From: Candidatus Nomurabacteria bacterium
Lineage (GTDB): Bacteria > Patescibacteriota > Minisyncoccia > Phycocordibacterales > UBA9973
NCBI GenBank assembly: GCA_023898605.1
Contig: CP060230.1
Coordinates: 67,944 to 131,943 of the forward strand
Direction: 5' to 3'
DNA: 64,000 nucleotides
Both the position numbers and the translations under genes were made by a program. Positions 62,905-64,000 of this stretch are shown piece after piece; the first letter of the stretch is position 1; each line of letters starts with the position of its first letter. The notes under the pieces are model-generated. The model did no database searches, was not told the DNA's origin, and saw nothing but the letters and a program-made list of their open reading frames with translations.

Positions 62905-63567
62905 ATGAGAAGATTTGAATTTTTTTCAAAGCCGGAAGATAGAGAAAAAGCAAAAGAAGCTATCAAAAAAATAGACCACAATAACTTCCCTTCTGAGGAT
63001 GCATTTGAGGAAACAAAAAACGAACTAGAAGAATCAAATAGAATCGAAACAATAATAAATTCTGAAAAAGAAAAAGGAGAATTTGGAGAAGTTGGTACAA
63101 ACAAGGCCTTGAGAGAGGCTTATAGTAAGATAGTTTCTTCAGAAGAGTATATAGAAAACTTCGAGACAGATCTAAGTGAAATACTTATATTTTTTGAGTC
63201 TCTTGAACAAAACGAGAAGTTCCCAGATGAAATAAAAGAAGCGTATAGTCGCATACCTATGTTTATAGATGCTTTAGAAAAAAGACTAGCTAATCTTTTT
63301 TCGCTAGAAAATTTCAGTGACAAAAAGTATAAAAGAAGTGAATCATACAAAGAAAGACCGGAAAAAGAAGATTCTCTTGAATATCAAGAAGGTGCAAGAG
63401 TTTTGCTTCAAAGGATCAAAAAAATAGTAGAATCAAAACCTATAGAAGACCTAGACGGAAACGAAATAAGAGAGCTAGAAAGTTTACAAGGAATTCTCAT
63501 AGCATCTTCTTCACAAATAAGACAAATAGCTTACCCAGATCTTGATGAGGGTGCTAGTTTGAACTAG
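62905..63567 (+). CDS. hypothetical acidic protein
   Basis: Supported only by the ORF. No family was recognised. Confidence 0.4.
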   Translation: MRRFEFFSKPEDREKAKEAIKKIDHNNFPSEDAFEETKNELEESNRIETIINSEKEKGEFGEVGTNKALREAYSKIVSSEEYIENFETDLSEILIFFESLEQNEKFPDEIKEAYSRIPMFIDALEKRLANLFSLENFSDKKYKRSESYKERPEKEDSLEYQEGARVLLQRIKKIVESKPIEDLDGNEIRELESLQGILIASSSQIRQIAYPDLDEGASLN

Positions 63568-63571
63568 AAAT

Positions 63572-64000
63572 CTATCTATTTCCTACAAAGTCTAGTATTG
63601 AGTTTTTTATACCTTCTTCGTCTAATCCGTAGAATTTCAATAGTTCTTCTGGCTTTCCACTTTGACCAAATTCGTCGTTTATACCGAGTCTTTTTATACG
63701 AGTCGGAAGCCTTTCTCCTAGTAGTTCGGAAACAGCACTACCAAGTCCACCTGCTATCTGGTGCTCTTCTATCGTAACTATTGCACGTGTTTCTTTTGCC
63801 AGAGTAAGTACTGCTTCTTCGTCTAGTGGTTTTATAGTAGATATGTTTAGTACTTTTGATTTTATGCCTTTTTTTTCTAGAGCCTTGGCTGCAAGAATTG
63901 CATTTCTTACAAGTGATCCTGTTGCGATTATACCGACGTTTGGTAGGCCATCAGATGCAAAAAATATCTCTCCCTTCCCTATTTTGAAAGGAGTTTCTTT
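63572..64000 (-). CDS. transketolase-family protein, C-terminal part (5' end outside window)
   Basis: The minus frame is open to the window edge. It reads ...GKGEIFFASDGLPNVGIIATGSLVRNAILAAKALEKKGIKSKVLNISTIKPLDEEAV...IAGGLGSAVSELLGE...GQSGKPEELLKFYGLD. Confidence 0.85.
   Translation of the reverse strand, partial: KETPFKIGKGEIFFASDGLPNVGIIATGSLVRNAILAAKALEKKGIKSKVLNISTIKPLDEEAVLTLAKETRAIVTIEEHQIAGGLGSAVSELLGERLPTRIKRLGINDEFGQSGKPEELLKFYGLDEEGIKNSILDFVGNR

Overview
The window is a visibly AT-rich, gene-dense bacterial chromosome segment. Its gene content resembles a small-genome Patescibacteria/CPR-type organism: lamin-tail-domain surface protein, short ValRS, archaeal-type AspRS, MYG1, 23S-IVS four-helix-bundle protein, many small GIY-YIG ORFs. 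This placement is inference from gene content only.

The core backbone comprises:
- Translation and GTPase genes: ychF, leuS, lepA, valS, tsaD, aspS, obg, gltX, rpmA, rplI, rsmI.
- Cell envelope genes: murJ and the mraY-ftsW-murG block.
- Other housekeeping genes: fba, a pfkB-family kinase, and a partial transketolase at the right edge.

Four intact tRNAs are present: Arg-CCT, Phe-GAA, Val-GAC and Glu-TTC. No rRNA genes, CRISPR array or cas genes were seen.

The most unusual content is as follows.
1. Three tRNA loci (Arg, Phe, Val) each hold an intact tRNA nested inside, or next to, a disrupted 'ghost' copy of the same tRNA.
   - The ghosts are interrupted in the D arm/D loop and other loops by GC-rich hairpin modules.
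   - Small GIY-YIG nuclease ORFs are associated with them.
   - The Val locus carries four perfect 102-bp tandem units.
   - A fourth GIY-YIG ORF is bounded by perfect 14-bp terminal inverted repeats, exactly at the start codon of a neighbouring gene.
2. Small insertions are accompanied by duplicated ends of housekeeping genes: the ychF 3' end (three copies), the leuS 5' end, and the rmuC 3' end (52 bp).
3. An accessory island (about 26.5-32.5 kb) contains a stand-alone PurN-like formyltransferase, tandem monocistronic paralog cassettes, and a C-protein/REase operon convergent with a DNA methyltransferase fused in-frame to a complete LexA.
4. A second island (about 34.3-39.7 kb) contains a large serine recombinase, two sigma factors and an HhH-GPD-like protein.
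5. LeuRS carries ASCH-like and Nudix-like domain insertions.

All functional calls come from motif recognition by eye. No database search was run.
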